52,082 bases of DNA from Silvanigrellaceae bacterium (GTDB lineage Bacteria; Bdellovibrionota_B; Oligoflexia; Silvanigrellales; Silvanigrellaceae). Below, in pieces: positions 7,974 through 17,367 of this stretch (positions within the stretch are counted from its first letter, which is position 1; each line of letters starts with the position of its first letter). Location: the NCBI GenBank assembly GCA_049423385.1, contig JBMSQQ010000010.1, positions 1-52,082 on the forward strand, given 5' to 3'. The notes below the pieces were generated by a model. That model saw nothing but the letters and a program-made list of their open reading frames with translations. It was not told the origin of the DNA and did no database searches. A program made the translations under genes and the position numbers.

Positions 7974-9727
7974 TCGACGCGATACCTGGCGTATTCCTGT
8001 GCCACTGCATTTTTGATGAAAGCATTGATTTCAGTCACCGGAATCATTTGCGCAGGGCTGCGGTTGTCCCGATATTTGAATTCAACTTTTCCTTCACCCA
8101 GGTTCCTTGGCGAGAAAATCACACGCAGCGGAATGCCGAGAAGATCGGCGTCTGCAAACTGCGAACCTGGTTTTTCGTCACGGTCATCAAGCAGGACTTC
8201 AATCCCGGCGGCCTTCAGTGCTTCATATGTTTCCATCGCCTTGAGCTCTGCACCGCCTTCTTTCTTGTTCAGAATGCAAATGTGAACGTCGAACGGCGCA
8301 ACGGTGATTGGAAAAACAGGGCCTCGGTCGTCATGACTTTCTTCCATGATTGCAGGAAGCAAACGTGTGATGCCAATTCCGTAACAACCCATGACATGAT
8401 TCTGCGAAATGCCGGCCTGATCCAAATAGGTGCATTTCATCGACTGGGAATATCGGGTGCCAAGATGGAAAATGTTGCCAATTTCAATTCCGCGCGTCTC
8501 TTGGAGTGGATGTTGGCAATGTGGACATGGATCGCCTGCGCGCGCCGCGGCAATGTCTCCAGACTTCACTCTCTGCTTCTGCCATTCGTTGAGATTGGCA
8601 AGAAAGTCTCTCTCAAGGTTGAAGTTGATTATGTGGTGATCGGATTTATTTGCGCCAACAGCAAGATTGCTTGTCTCGAAAACGGTTTTGTCGATGACAA
8701 TCCAGCATTTTGAAAGATTGAGTCCAACAGGCCCGGTTGATCCCGCAACGGCCCCGCCAGCTTCAATGACGGATTCCTTTGCAGGAACGATGTCTTTCTG
8801 CAGGACTCCTTTGAGCTTCTGCTCAACAACATCAAGATCGCCGCGGACAAATGCGACAACAAGTTCCTGATCCTTGGTCTGATACATCACAGCTTTACAT
8901 GTCTGTTGTGTGTCAATCTTGAGGAATTTGGCAAGATCCTGGATTGTTTTGATACCGGGTGTTGAAACGGTTTCAAGCTGTTGCTGTGTAGATTTGTTTG
9001 ATGTGTATGGACTTGTCGCGATTTCCTGGTTCGCTTTGTAATCGCAGTGCGAACAGGTGATGAGGGTGTCTTCACCTGAAGGTACCAGCATCATGAACTC
9101 ATGTGAATATTTTCCACCAAACATGCCATTGTCAGACAGTACGCTCACAAAATTGCGGCAACCTGTGCGCTTGAAAAAACGCATGTAGGCTTCGTGAACA
9201 CGCCAATAATACTTTTGCAGGTCTTCTTCGCTGGTATGAAAACTGTATGCGTCTTTCATTGTAAATTCGCGCAGGCGGACCAGTCCTCCGCGTGGCCTGG
9301 GTTCGTCGCGGAACTTCGTCTGGATCTGGTACAGCATGGCAGGCAGCTGTCGATAGCTCGTGAGTTCAGTTCTGGCGAAGAACACGACCGGTTCTTCATG
9401 GGTCATGCAGAGAACCATGGGTTTGTCGTGACGATCCGGCAGGCGGAACATGTCCTTGCCAATTGCGCCATAGCGTCCGCTTTCATCCCAAAGTTCCTTG
9501 GTGCCAAGACAGGGCATTTTCACTTCCTGCCCTTCAACAGCATTCATCTCTTCACGACAGATTCTTTCAATTTTGGCGATGCTTCGCTGCGCGAGCGGCA
9601 GCAAACCATAAATTCCAGCTGCGTATTGACGAACAAAACCTCCGCGCAGGAGAAACTTGTGGCTGACAAGTTCAGCGTCACGAGGTGTTTCTTTCACGGT
9701 TCGGCCGACGAGTTTGGACAAAAACAT
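7970..9727 (-). CDS. proS: Proline--tRNA ligase (bacterial type with editing domain)
   Basis: LCMTHEE, YQIQTKFRDEPRPR.GL.R.REF.MKDAYSF, GIEIGNIFHLG, MGCYGIG, anticodon-domain DDR. Confidence 0.97.
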   Translation of the reverse strand: MFLSKLVGRTVKETPRDAELVSHKFLLRGGFVRQYAAGIYGLLPLAQRSIAKIERICREEMNAVEGQEVKMPCLGTKELWDESGRYGAIGKDMFRLPDRHDKPMVLCMTHEEPVVFFARTELTSYRQLPAMLYQIQTKFRDEPRPRGGLVRLREFTMKDAYSFHTSEEDLQKYYWRVHEAYMRFFKRTGCRNFVSVLSDNGMFGGKYSHEFMMLVPSGEDTLITCSHCDYKANQEIATSPYTSNKSTQQQLETVSTPGIKTIQDLAKFLKIDTQQTCKAVMYQTKDQELVVAFVRGDLDVVEQKLKGVLQKDIVPAKESVIEAGGAVAGSTGPVGLNLSKCWIVIDKTVFETSNLAVGANKSDHHIINFNLERDFLANLNEWQKQRVKSGDIAAARAGDPCPHCQHPLQETRGIEIGNIFHLGTRYSQSMKCTYLDQAGISQNHVMGCYGIGITRLLPAIMEESHDDRGPVFPITVAPFDVHICILNKKEGGAELKAMETYEALKAAGIEVLLDDRDEKPGSQFADADLLGIPLRVIFSPRNLGEGKVEFKYRDNRSPAQMIPVTEINAFIKNAVAQEYARYRVD

Positions 9728-9773
9728 TTGCTTGGACTCCGTAAGAGTGCTTGCTCCGGTGAGGAGCTCATTG

Positions 9774-10253
9774 TTACTGGTATGGTTCGGTCAATTCGCC
9801 AAGAAGTTCATATGATGACTTTCCATAAGGACCTTGGACGTCACTGATGCGCAATCTTCCGTTCACCCAAATGGGTCCAAATGTCATGGTCGCTTTGCGG
9901 CCTCCGGCCATTCGTACGGTCACCATCTGATTTGCAGGTGGCGCGGGGACGTGGATGCATGCCATGGGACTCGGCACCAGGAGGAATTCTGAAACATTGT
10001 TCTGATTGTCTTCGAGTGGGATCATGAATCCTGGAATTTTCACTCTTTTGCCATCTGCTTCCTTTAATTGTGAGCTCATTTTTCCTGTATTCAAATCAAG
10101 CTCACGGAGAGCGGCCCAATCGAGATTGATGGGTTTGCTGTCCGACGCATTGGCCGTATCGCCTTTGCCACGGTTCATGAAAGAGTAGATGCCTGCAAAT
10201 CCGGCAGAGAAACCCACGACGCTGAGCAGAGTGATTCTTAACCAAAGTGGCAT
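9774..10253 (-). CDS. DUF3299 family membrane-anchored protein
   Basis: GKRVKIPGFMIPLE, EFLLVP..ACIHVP.PP.NQ; N-terminal TM helix from ATG at 10253. Confidence 0.8.
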   Translation of the reverse strand: MPLWLRITLLSVVGFSAGFAGIYSFMNRGKGDTANASDSKPINLDWAALRELDLNTGKMSSQLKEADGKRVKIPGFMIPLEDNQNNVSEFLLVPSPMACIHVPAPPANQMVTVRMAGGRKATMTFGPIWVNGRLRISDVQGPYGKSSYELLGELTEPYQ

Positions 10254-10282
10254 TTTTAGCCCCCAAGCATGATTGCCAGAGC

Positions 10283-10310
10283 AATATACATACCGATTAT
10301 TTTCAGGCAA
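10283..10310 (-). promoter_or_regulatory. Candidate sigma70 promoter for DUF3299-proS
   Basis: TTGCCT-N16-TATATT on the minus strand, about 30 bp upstream of ATG 10253. Confidence 0.4.
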
Positions 10311-10393
10311 ATCGAGCAGTAGCGGGTTGCTCTTCCGGTCTGTCCTGTTAAGGTGGTCTATCGAATTCATGACTGCTAAAGAATGAGGCGTTT

Positions 10394-12265
10394 GTGGTTG
10401 AATCAGAGGCTCTTCTGACCCATCTGGAAGGCCTTGCTACGAAGCACTTCGGCGTGGACGCTTTGCGGCCGCAGCAGCGCGACGTTTTTGTCTCGTTGAT
10501 GCAGCACCGGCAGGTTTTGGCCATGTTGCCCACGGGTGCTGGAAAAACGCTCCTCTATGCTCTTGGAAGCCTGCTCTTCAAAGACTCGGTAACAGTGGTG
10601 ATCTGTCCCTTGATTGCTCTGATGAGAGATCAATGCAGACGCATGTCTGAGGCGGGAATTGCAACGGTCGCGATTTATTCTGATCAGGAAGAAGCTGAAC
10701 GTCGAAGGTCATACAGCGCTGTTTATCAAGGCCAGGCCAAGCTTTTGTTGGTGAGTCCGGAGCGCTATTGCCTGCCTGCATTTCAAAAGTTCTTGCGCCG
10801 GCTCAAAATTGGCATGGTTGTTGTGGATGAAGCACACTGTGTTGTGACCTGGGGGCATTCTTTCAGGCCGGAATATAGCCAGCTTGCAAATCTTTTCAGA
10901 AGTTCCAACGCCCAAAAAATTCTTGCTTTGACGGCAACAGCCTCACGACCCAGTCGGGAACTCGTGAAGGAGATGGTGTTTCCTGAGCCGGAAACTGTAT
11001 TCGAGGTGATCGACAAGCCGCTGCGCGACAATATCGAGATCGAGTCAATCCGCGTTTTCTCGGAAGACGAACGCTGGTTGACAGTCATGGGGTTGGTCAA
11101 AACCACACAATCAAGAAAGTCGATTCTGTACTTTCCTCGGCGGGAGCAATGTCAAAAGGCCGCGCAGGAACTTCGGGCTCAGGGGTTCAATGCTGTTATT
11201 TACCATGCAGGTCTGCAAAGGGACTTCCGCAGATCAGTCGAGGAATATCTCCGGGAATCCGACAGGCCGGTCGTGATTTGTGCAACACTTGCATTTGGCA
11301 TGGGAATCGATCTGCCAAATGTGCAGCTTATTGTTGTGGTAGGATTCCCTGGCAATCTCGAGGAGATGTTCCAGATGATGGGTCGTGCTGGCCGAAAGGG
11401 CGAGCATGCCAAGGCAGTGTTGGTTTGGACTGGTTCCGATCCAAAGAAGCGCGCCTTCCAGTTCGACAAGACTATGCCCGAAGTTCACATTCTAAAAGAG
11501 CGATTCAAGCAGATTTCCAGCCTCTTTCCAGGAGAAAATCAAAGTTGGATCCTTGAAAGGGAGAAGGTACGAAAATTGATTCGTCCCTTGCTCAAATCAG
11601 AGCGAGACCTTGAATCGGCAGTGCAGAGTCTTGCGGCGGTTGCTTCGATGCTTGGTCAGGGAGGTTCGGTGGATTCCTACCGTTCAGACTGGGTCAACGT
11701 CATCATTGAACGCCCTCAGATTTTAGTCAGGCTTTTAGCTGATTTGCCATCTGGTCCTTCCAGAAGACGACTTGTCCTCGAGTGGATTCAGCTGTTTACC
11801 AAGGGTGAACCGCCTCCGGGGTGTTCTTGGCGGATGTGTTTTTCACTGAATGAAATCTCCGAGGATATCCAATTGTCGGAAGTAGGAGTCCTTGAGGTGC
11901 TTCGCTATTATTCAGAAAAGAAAATTCTCGACCTGCGAATTTTGACTGCGGCTGAAGCAGATGATTCGTTGAGACTCAATGGTCGTCTCGAAGAGGTTTA
12001 TTCCTCACTTCCACGTTATCAAAAGTGGCGAACCGCACTGCAATCGAGTTTGCAGGCTTTGTCGCATTTCGTGACGGCAGAGAAGTGTCGGATGAGTCAT
12101 GCTGAAAGTTTGTTTCTGCCAAGGTCCGGAGCAACCACCAGGGCGCGGATGGCGCAATGTGGACGATGTGACCTGTGTTTGTCGCGCAAAGTGCGTGAAT
12201 CCGAAATCGGGTCGGGCAAAATCGCTAGCACTCTGACGCTCAGGTCGCCGGAGAGCTTGCGATAA
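10394..12265 (+). CDS. recQ: RecQ-family ATP-dependent DNA helicase, no obvious HRDC domain
   Basis: PTGAGKT, SPER, VDEAHC..WGHSFRPEY, ALTATA, YHAG, AFGMGID, GRAGR; C-terminal Zn motif CR...CGRCDLC. Confidence 0.9.
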   Translation: MVESEALLTHLEGLATKHFGVDALRPQQRDVFVSLMQHRQVLAMLPTGAGKTLLYALGSLLFKDSVTVVICPLIALMRDQCRRMSEAGIATVAIYSDQEEAERRRSYSAVYQGQAKLLLVSPERYCLPAFQKFLRRLKIGMVVVDEAHCVVTWGHSFRPEYSQLANLFRSSNAQKILALTATASRPSRELVKEMVFPEPETVFEVIDKPLRDNIEIESIRVFSEDERWLTVMGLVKTTQSRKSILYFPRREQCQKAAQELRAQGFNAVIYHAGLQRDFRRSVEEYLRESDRPVVICATLAFGMGIDLPNVQLIVVVGFPGNLEEMFQMMGRAGRKGEHAKAVLVWTGSDPKKRAFQFDKTMPEVHILKERFKQISSLFPGENQSWILEREKVRKLIRPLLKSERDLESAVQSLAAVASMLGQGGSVDSYRSDWVNVIIERPQILVRLLADLPSGPSRRRLVLEWIQLFTKGEPPPGCSWRMCFSLNEISEDIQLSEVGVLEVLRYYSEKKILDLRILTAAEADDSLRLNGRLEEVYSSLPRYQKWRTALQSSLQALSHFVTAEKCRMSHAESLFLPRSGATTRARMAQCGRCDLCLSRKVRESEIGSGKIASTLTLRSPESLR

Positions 12266-12324
12266 TTGTAATTTTTTGATGCAATCACAGAGAGTTGAAT
12301 TACCCTGCAGAATCGGGAAACGCC

Positions 12325-14979
12325 GTGAAGAAAAAAAATACACAGAAGAAGAGCATCACCAAGGCAAAAGCCACCAAGAAAGCTCCCGTGACGAAAAATG
12401 GAGGGTCACTGACCCTTCAGCTGTTTTCGAAACGGGACGGAGAATTCCCGGTGGATTCCAAGCTGCAGAAAACCAGGCGGACATTCCGCCATCTGACTTC
12501 TGACGAGGTTTTTCGAAGAAGTGACATCGACAACAGCACAGTTTCCAGAAATGCGACAAAGGTTCCGAACTACGAGATCATCTCCCAGGCGCGTGCCGTA
12601 CGCGCGATAACTGTTGGTCTGGGTGTTCAGAAACCTGGTTACAATATCTACGTCGCTGGAGTTCAGGGGACAGGTAAAACGAGCGTCATTCGTGGGTTTT
12701 TGAAAAAAACTGCGGAAACCCAAAAAACTCCGTCGGACTGGATTTACATCTACAATTTCAAGAACACGGAATCTCCAAGGGCCATTGAGGTTTCAACTGG
12801 ATTGGCCAAAAAGTTCAAGAAGGACATGGACGAACTCGTGGAGCAGTTGACCACGGAGATTCCCGATGCCCTTCAGTCGGAGGAATACGAAAACAACGTC
12901 AATTCAACCGTGAATTCAAGCAATGAGAAGAAGGCAAAGCTTTTCAGTGAGCTTGAACGCACGTCGAAAGCCATGAATTTTGGCGTGAAGTCGACCCGCA
13001 TGGGCATTGTGACTGTTCCAATCGTGGATGGTAAACCCTTGTCGGAGAAAGACTACGCGGAGCTCTCCGACGAGCAAAAAGAAAAAATCGAACTCGAGAG
13101 AAACCAGCTTGAACCGGAAGTGCTCGACTTTGCGCGCAAGGTTCGTTCGATTGAAAATGAAACCAAGCAAAAGCTTGAGTCATTGAGATCCGAAATCGGT
13201 GACTATGTTGTGAGCGCTGCAATGCAACCGTTGTTGAAGGAATATTCAAACAACGCGGCGATCGTGGCCTATCTGAATGAAGCCAAGGAGCACATTCTCG
13301 AGAATATTCAGGACTTCGCGAAGGAAGATGACGACGATGAGGGAGACGATGATGACAGTCCAGTCCCTCATCATTTGAGAAAAGGCGATGCCTATCTCCC
13401 TTATCGGGTGAACGTTTTCGTGGACAACACCGAAACCAAAGGCGCGCCGATTGTCATCGAAACCAACCCGACCTTTTACAACTTGTTTGGCAAGATTGAG
13501 AAAAACATCGAGTACGGCATCTACACGACCGACTTCAAGATGATCAAGGCAGGTGCGTTGGCCAGGGCGAATGGTGGTTATCTTGTTCTCAATGCCATCG
13601 ATGTCCTCAGGAATCCGCAGGTTTGGGAAACCCTCAAGCGAGTGCTCAAGAACCAAAAACTCTTCATCGAGGATTTGGGCGAACAATACAGTATTTTGCC
13701 AACCAGCGGTTTGCGCCCTGAGCCCATCGCCTTGAACGTCAAGATTGTCTTGATTGGATCGGACTGGATCTACCGCATGCTTTACCAATTCGATGAGGAC
13801 TTCAACAAGATCTTTAAAATCAAGGCTGATTTTGATCTGCAGATGCCTCGCAATGAAGATACAATCAAGGATTACATCAATTTTGTCACGACCCGAACGC
13901 AGGTTGAAAATCTGCTGCCGTTCGATGCTTCGGCAATTTCCAGCATTGTCGAATTTTCCAGCCGAATCGTCGACGATCAGGATAAACTCTCGACACGTTT
14001 CAGCCTGATCAAAGACCTGACAATTGAAGCAGACTTCATGGCGAAAGAGCGCAAAGCGAAGCGCATCGCCCGTGAGGATGTGGAAAAAGCCGTCGATGAG
14101 CGTTATTTCCGCTCGGCACTGGTTCAGGATCACCTGAGCGAAATGGTGACCCGCGGCGATATCCTGATTTCGGCGAATTCACGTCGGATCGGTGAAATCA
14201 ATGGACTCGCCGTTTACAACCTGGGAGATGTTTCGTTTGGAATGCCGACCCGGATCACTTGCCGCACTTACAAAGGCAAACCCGGAATCGTCAACATTGA
14301 ACGTGACGCTGCGTTGTCTGGCAAAATTCACAACAAGGGAATTTCGATTCTGACAAGTTGGATCAATGCGGTTTTCGGCAAAAAGGAACCCATCGTTCTG
14401 GCTGCCACGATCTGCTTTGAACAGAACTACAGTGGCGTCGATGGAGATTCGGCCACCCTCGCAGAATTGATTTTGATTCTGAGTACGTTGGCAAATTTGC
14501 CGATCGATCAAAGCATTGCCGTCACGGGCTCGGTCAACCAGTTTGGCGAAGTTCAGCCAGTGGGTGGCATCAACGAGAAGATTGAAGGTTTTTTCAGGGT
14601 TTGCAAAATCAAGGGTTTCAACGGTCGCCAGGGTGTGATTATTCCGGTTCAAAACATGAAGCATTTGATGCTTCAGCGTGAAGTCCGGGAGGCGGTTGAA
14701 AAAGGTGAATTCCATGTTTGGTCTGTGACCCGGGTCGAAGAGGCATTCGAGCTTCTGACTGGCTTTGCGGCGGGCGAATGGGATGAATCGAAGAATCGCT
14801 TCAGCCCAGGAGGCGCTTTTGCGGAAGTTGCCAAAGCACTTCTGCCAAGGTCTGCCCAAAGTGGCGCGCGAGGCGAAGAGAAGAAGTCACTCAAAACCAA
14901 GGCCAAATCCAAAGCCAAGACTTCCAAGCCCACAAAGACATCTGGCAAAGCAAAGCGAAAAAGTTCTTCAAGGAAATGA
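12325..14979 (+). CDS. Lon-like (LonC/LonB-type, peptidase S16) protease with AAA-like domain
   Basis: GVQGTGKT, RANGGYLVL, GEINGLAV, FEQNYSGVDGDSAT (Ser), VGGINEKIEGFF (Lys); start GTG 12325 or TTG 12295 uncertain. Confidence 0.9.
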   Translation: MKKKNTQKKSITKAKATKKAPVTKNGGSLTLQLFSKRDGEFPVDSKLQKTRRTFRHLTSDEVFRRSDIDNSTVSRNATKVPNYEIISQARAVRAITVGLGVQKPGYNIYVAGVQGTGKTSVIRGFLKKTAETQKTPSDWIYIYNFKNTESPRAIEVSTGLAKKFKKDMDELVEQLTTEIPDALQSEEYENNVNSTVNSSNEKKAKLFSELERTSKAMNFGVKSTRMGIVTVPIVDGKPLSEKDYAELSDEQKEKIELERNQLEPEVLDFARKVRSIENETKQKLESLRSEIGDYVVSAAMQPLLKEYSNNAAIVAYLNEAKEHILENIQDFAKEDDDDEGDDDDSPVPHHLRKGDAYLPYRVNVFVDNTETKGAPIVIETNPTFYNLFGKIEKNIEYGIYTTDFKMIKAGALARANGGYLVLNAIDVLRNPQVWETLKRVLKNQKLFIEDLGEQYSILPTSGLRPEPIALNVKIVLIGSDWIYRMLYQFDEDFNKIFKIKADFDLQMPRNEDTIKDYINFVTTRTQVENLLPFDASAISSIVEFSSRIVDDQDKLSTRFSLIKDLTIEADFMAKERKAKRIAREDVEKAVDERYFRSALVQDHLSEMVTRGDILISANSRRIGEINGLAVYNLGDVSFGMPTRITCRTYKGKPGIVNIERDAALSGKIHNKGISILTSWINAVFGKKEPIVLAATICFEQNYSGVDGDSATLAELILILSTLANLPIDQSIAVTGSVNQFGEVQPVGGINEKIEGFFRVCKIKGFNGRQGVIIPVQNMKHLMLQREVREAVEKGEFHVWSVTRVEEAFELLTGFAAGEWDESKNRFSPGGAFAEVAKALLPRSAQSGARGEEKKSLKTKAKSKAKTSKPTKTSGKAKRKSSSRK

Positions 14980-16364
14980 AAGTTTATTTTCTCAAGGAAC
15001 ATTTCGAGCTCAGAAATACCCGAAGCCTGAAGCCAAGATTGGGGCTGGCCCGTTATTTTGAATTTCAGGGCCAGCCCGGCTTTGCCGATTCATCTGGCGC
15101 AATTTGGCCAGTCGTGACAGACACTGCCGACGAAAATCAGAAATTGAGACCAGGCTGCATCTACAGCTTCAGTGCAGCTGGTCGTCTGAATGCAAAGCAG
15201 GTGGTTTCAAAATATCGGGATACCGAGACAACCCTGTTGATTTCTGGAATCAGGCACGAATCTGGCATCGGCGAGGGACATTGGACCTTGGGACGTGTTC
15301 CAGATCCGACTGCGTTGCCCGAACTGAGCCGTGTGCCGGACAGCAAGACAGGGACACGTTTTTTTCAAACCCGCACGGCCCAAAGACTGCATTCACTCCA
15401 TCGCAGAAGCGAAGCTATTCAGCGAACAAGAAACTTCTTTATTCTTCGCGATTATCTGGAACTTGATACACCAACGCTGGTGGCTTCAGGCGGAGTTGAG
15501 CGTTATCTAAATACTTTCAAAACACAATATGAGGATCACCGCGGACAAATCTGGCAGATGGAACTCCCCACCAGCCCCGAATTTGCCCTCAAGAAAATCG
15601 TCGCCGAAGGCGCCCAAAGGGTTTTTTCCCTGGCTCATTCGTTTCGAAACTCTGGTGAACTTTCACGGCATCATGATCCTGAGTTCACGATGCTGGAATG
15701 GTACCGGGTGGGATCAGACCTCAAAGGTATAATGGCTGAAACGCAAAAGTTGATATTGGATCTGGCTGACGAAGTGCAGTGCACATTCTCCCTCTCAACC
15801 CAGGCTTGGCCAGTATTCAGTGTTCCTCAATTGTTCAAAAGGATTCTCGATATCGACGTTGTTCATCAGTTGGATGCAGAGGCGTTCAAGCGCATTGGTG
15901 CCAAGCGATGTTCTTCGGTTGTGGATACGGATACGTGGGATGATGTTTTTTGCAAATTGTTCATGGAATTTGTTGAGCCGTTCCTGGCTCAACAGAAGGC
16001 ATGCTTCGTCATGCATTATCCAGAGCAAATGGGCGCCCTTGCAGCAAAAAGTCTTGATGTTGCGGGTTGTGTGGATCGATTTGAGGCTTACATCGACGGT
16101 GTCGAAATATGCAATGGATACCGTGAGTTGATTGATGGCGGCGAATATGCCAAGCGCGCGACTGCAGTTAAAGCTGAGCGTCCTGAAATTTCGTTGGATC
16201 CACAGTTTGATTCCATCATGCACACGGGGTTGTACCCGTGTGTTGGAAATGCGCTTGGTCTTGACAGGTTGATTTCAGTCTTGCGGGGCGAGAAAGATAT
16301 TCAGTCGAGTCTTCCCTGGCCTTTTGAGAGCCGTTTCCCCTTATCTTCAATAGCGTTGGAATGA
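14976..16364 (+). CDS. epmA: EF-P lysine aminoacylase EpmA/GenX with N-terminal extension
   Basis: LPTSPEFALKK, SFRN.GE..RHHDPEFTMLEWYR, RFEAYIDGVEICNGYREL, GNALGLDRL. Confidence 0.85.
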   Translation: MKVYFLKEHFELRNTRSLKPRLGLARYFEFQGQPGFADSSGAIWPVVTDTADENQKLRPGCIYSFSAAGRLNAKQVVSKYRDTETTLLISGIRHESGIGEGHWTLGRVPDPTALPELSRVPDSKTGTRFFQTRTAQRLHSLHRRSEAIQRTRNFFILRDYLELDTPTLVASGGVERYLNTFKTQYEDHRGQIWQMELPTSPEFALKKIVAEGAQRVFSLAHSFRNSGELSRHHDPEFTMLEWYRVGSDLKGIMAETQKLILDLADEVQCTFSLSTQAWPVFSVPQLFKRILDIDVVHQLDAEAFKRIGAKRCSSVVDTDTWDDVFCKLFMEFVEPFLAQQKACFVMHYPEQMGALAAKSLDVAGCVDRFEAYIDGVEICNGYRELIDGGEYAKRATAVKAERPEISLDPQFDSIMHTGLYPCVGNALGLDRLISVLRGEKDIQSSLPWPFESRFPLSSIALE

Positions 16365-16365
16365 A

Positions 16366-16608
16366 TCAACGCTGCGAGAGTTTTTCAGGCAACTCCCGGA
16401 ATGACGCGTTCAGGCCGCGCTCGTTCGTGGCTTCAAGTGTTGCCTCGTATCCGGTGACTATCTTGCTTCCCATCCACTGAATGGGTGCAGTTTTGATAAT
16501 ATAGTGTTGCCCCAACTGGTAGAGCGTCTTGCCGTGTCCAATTGGAATGGAAAACAAGAAGAGCCAAACAAACCCTGCCCCAAGAAACCAACCGATTGAT
16601 CTCAGCAC
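16366..16608 (-). CDS. Small membrane protein of unknown function
   Basis: GTG at 16608 behind AAGGAG; one hydrophobic helix; fills the gap between neighbouring genes. Confidence 0.55.
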   Translation of the reverse strand: MLRSIGWFLGAGFVWLFLFSIPIGHGKTLYQLGQHYIIKTAPIQWMGSKIVTGYEATLEATNERGLNASFRELPEKLSQR

Positions 16609-16713
16609 AATCTGCTCCTTTTGATGTAGATTATTGCTGATCTTAGTTTGCACAATAAGAATACATAACTGAAGACGAGATACTGCAAAGCTTTCACCAC
16701 AGGGGCAGGGCCA

Positions 16714-17328
16714 ATGACGGACGGCAAAAAGAAATCGGTTGTTTCAGGATTGCATGAAAATGTCAGCAGTTTCTTTGATGCGTTTTTCAAAAAACATTCG
16801 ACTCAAATGAAATGCGGTCTTGGTTGTTCACGCTGTTGTGTCGGCAATCTGAGTGTTTTCCCGGTTGAAGCCCAGGTGATTCAGGATTGGTATTTTTCCC
16901 TTCCGCAGCAGAGGAAACTGGAACTACGCGCTCTCTGGCTTTCACAGAGAGCGGATTCCGCTGCACTCGCATCCTCAAATTCGTGCGTTTTTCTCGCTGA
17001 GAATTCTTGCACCATTTACGATGTGCGTCCCGCAGTTTGCAGGACACAAGGACTGCCGCTGAAGGTGCCGAGTTTCGATAACCCGGATCAGTCTGGTCGC
17101 GAAAATTTTGAATTGAGCCTTTGTGAGCTGAACTTCACCGATGAAAATAAAATTCCGGGACCTTCAGAGTGGCTTGATCTTGAGAGATTGAACACTCTAT
17201 TGGTTATAGCTCAAAAACACGAAGGAATGGCTGTTGTTTCGGATGGTATCAAGCAGATAACCGGTCCCGAAACAGGCCGTGTTCAGCTTGCTGACCTTCG
17301 CGACCTCCTCTTGCAGTTGAAGTCGTAG
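16714..17328 (+). CDS. YkgJ/CxxCxxCC putative Fe-S or Zn cluster protein
   Basis: CGLGCSRCC, CVFL, CTIYDVRPAVCR. Confidence 0.85.
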   Translation: MTDGKKKSVVSGLHENVSSFFDAFFKKHSTQMKCGLGCSRCCVGNLSVFPVEAQVIQDWYFSLPQQRKLELRALWLSQRADSAALASSNSCVFLAENSCTIYDVRPAVCRTQGLPLKVPSFDNPDQSGRENFELSLCELNFTDENKIPGPSEWLDLERLNTLLVIAQKHEGMAVVSDGIKQITGPETGRVQLADLRDLLLQLKS

Positions 17329-17367
17329 GTCTGTAAAACGGCGAGACTTCTTCACACGAGGACTTGC

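Noticed and set aside
9774..10253. DUF3299 as part of a metal ABC-transport operon
   Set aside because: No ABC transporter genes are adjacent; its neighbours are proS and recQ
10394..14979. RecQ + Lon pair as an anti-phage (BREX-like) defence system
   Set aside because: Both look like housekeeping families, and there is no methylase, PglZ, nuclease or island signature nearby
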